A stretch of 63,065 bases of DNA, the filler included, from Hyphochytrium catenoides (lineage: Eukaryota; Protista; Hyphochytriomycota): assembly GCA_900088475.1 (NCBI GenBank). It is 4 parts of 4 records of this genome, joined end to end, with 100 filler letters (N's around TTAATTAATTAA, not from the genome) between each part and the next. Parts side by side here need not be neighbours in the genome. Positions count along the whole stretch, not along the records: positions 58,590 to 63,065 come from FLMG01003086.1; 3 more parts are not named here. One strand, 5' to 3'. Under the pieces are notes generated by a model, which was not told the DNA's origin, searched no databases, and saw only the letters and a program-made list of their open reading frames with translations. The position numbers and the translations under genes are program-made. This document shows positions 61,836-63,065 of this stretch, one piece after another. Each line of letters starts with the position of its first letter. Within the stretch, counting starts at the first letter, position 1.

Positions 61836-63065
61836 AACTCACCAGTATCAGCCTGCAGAAGTCTCCAGATAGGAATGGCGTTTAGAGACCAGTAGACAGC
61901 GGAAAAGAGGACGTAGTTCATCCCAACGTCGATGGTATGGTGACGGAGCACCCCATTGTACGCGACCTGAGTCCAGATGTACCCGCATGCGTATATGTTA
62001 TACTCCCTGAGGAGAGAGAGAGGGAGAGAGAGAGAGAAAAAGAGAGAGAGAGAAAAGGGTAAGGGAGGGCAGGGAGAGAGAATAGTGGATGAAGAGAACG
62101 GAGAGAAACAGGAGAAGGAGCACTATGTTCTAATAGGTAGATCTCTTACCTGATGGCGCACTTGTTGGCACGGTAGGAGACCGGGAAGATGATGTTATAG
62201 ATGAAGACAAGCATCCACACAGGCTAAAGAAGCAAAAGAGAGTCAGTGATCAGCTACGAGGAATAGAGAGAAGAGTAGCGAGAGAAGGGAGATGACCAGG
62301 GGAGAGAGAGAGTAGTAAAGACAGAAAAGACAGCACGAAAGGCGCAGAAGCTCAGAGGCAGAGGCGAAGAGAGAAGAAGAGAGAGAAAGAGTAAGGGAAA
62401 GAGAAAATGGCTCTCTCTCTTTCTCTTCTTACCCTTCCAATGATCTCGAACATGCGATAGTAGTCCTGAGGCTTGTCTAGCCATCGGATGATGCCAAAGC
62501 CGAGGACAAAGGAGAACGCGGCGAAGAGAGACCAGTAGACGGAGCGCAGGAGAGACGGAAGAGAGATAGACTTCTGCATCATGAAGACAGCGGGCATCAT
62601 GACAATGAAGGACCGGCCAGCGACATACACCTTGAAGCATAAGGAGAGGAGAGAAGAGAGAGAAGGGCCACGTCAGCAGGTGAGGAGCCGGAAGAGCGGG
62701 AAAGAAGAGACTACAGAGAGATGAGGAGGCGGAAGAAGGGGAAAGGAGGAGAGAGAGAGAGAAAGTGACAGAGAAAAGAGAGAGACAAAAAGAAGAGAGA
62801 GAGACATAGAAGAAAAGAGAGAGAAGACATAAAAAAGAGAGAGAGAGAGAAACAGAAAGAAGAGAGAGAGAAGAAGAAGAGAGTGAGAGACAGAAGAGAG
62901 AGACAGAAAGAAGGGAAACCAGAAGAAAGAGAAGAGAGAGAGAGAGGAGGCATACCGAAGTAACCATCGGATCAAACGGGTCCACGGTCTTTAGAATGTG
63001 CATAATCAGGGAGATGACAAAGCCAAAGAGAGAGATAGCTGCCAGAGCCCACATCAGCCCTTCAT
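58666..63065 (-). CDS. Multi-pass (probably 7TM/GPCR-like) tyrosine-kinase-like protein kinase with a C-terminal DEP domain; possibly partial at both ends
   Basis: Six hydrophobic helices ending RLLQADTE|YWRGVG; kinase IGKGASAVV, VAIK, HR|DIKPGN, DFG, GTADYM|APE, DIYSL; DEP-like IVDRQWRGKVARQCFVGDEAV..AVRLGNGLMDAGMVHHFSHQQRFENEHFFY (~59600-59815). Confidence 0.88.

Noticed and set aside
17300-63065. Numerous SLSLSL / RERERE ORFs as membrane or SR-like proteins
   Set aside because: Translations of (CT)n/(GA)n intronic microsatellites, which lack stop codons by composition
1-63065. CRISPR arrays, tRNA/rRNA genes, intact transposons, prokaryotic operons
   Set aside because: None recognisable by eye; the sequence is spliceosomal-intron eukaryotic DNA. 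Small ncRNAs cannot be excluded without an Infernal/tRNAscan search.

Overview
Eukaryotic, intron-rich genomic DNA. A stramenopile-like protist/alga is my inference from the CRT-like transporter and the multi-TM-TKL kinase. The window is four unrelated contigs joined by artificial 100-bp spacers (N44-TTAATTAATTAA-N44): 1-22425, 22526-53904, 54005-58489 and 58590-63065. Most ORFs in the supplied track are spurious readings of (CT)n/(GA)n microsatellite introns, so I rebuilt genes by hand from GT-AG junctions. Genes found: a ~1201-aa TM/F-BAR/SMP/PH protein, RAD50, HAUS5 (augmin), a truncated BAH-domain gene, a CSRNP_N-like protein, a CRT-like transporter, an intronless signal-peptide flavoenzyme resembling polyunsaturated fatty acid isomerases, Cbp3/UQCC1 fused to a WW domain, a Tubby-like protein, an NT5DC-type 5'-nucleotidase, a catalytically divergent Hsp70 fragment and a multi-TM/TKL kinase/DEP protein. 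Strongest leads: the F-BAR+SMP+PH membrane-contact-site protein, the intronless fatty-acid-isomerase-like gene, and introns with 5'-(GA)n/3'-(CT)n complementary arms or no polypyrimidine tract. All family assignments come from motif recognition by eye; no database search was run.
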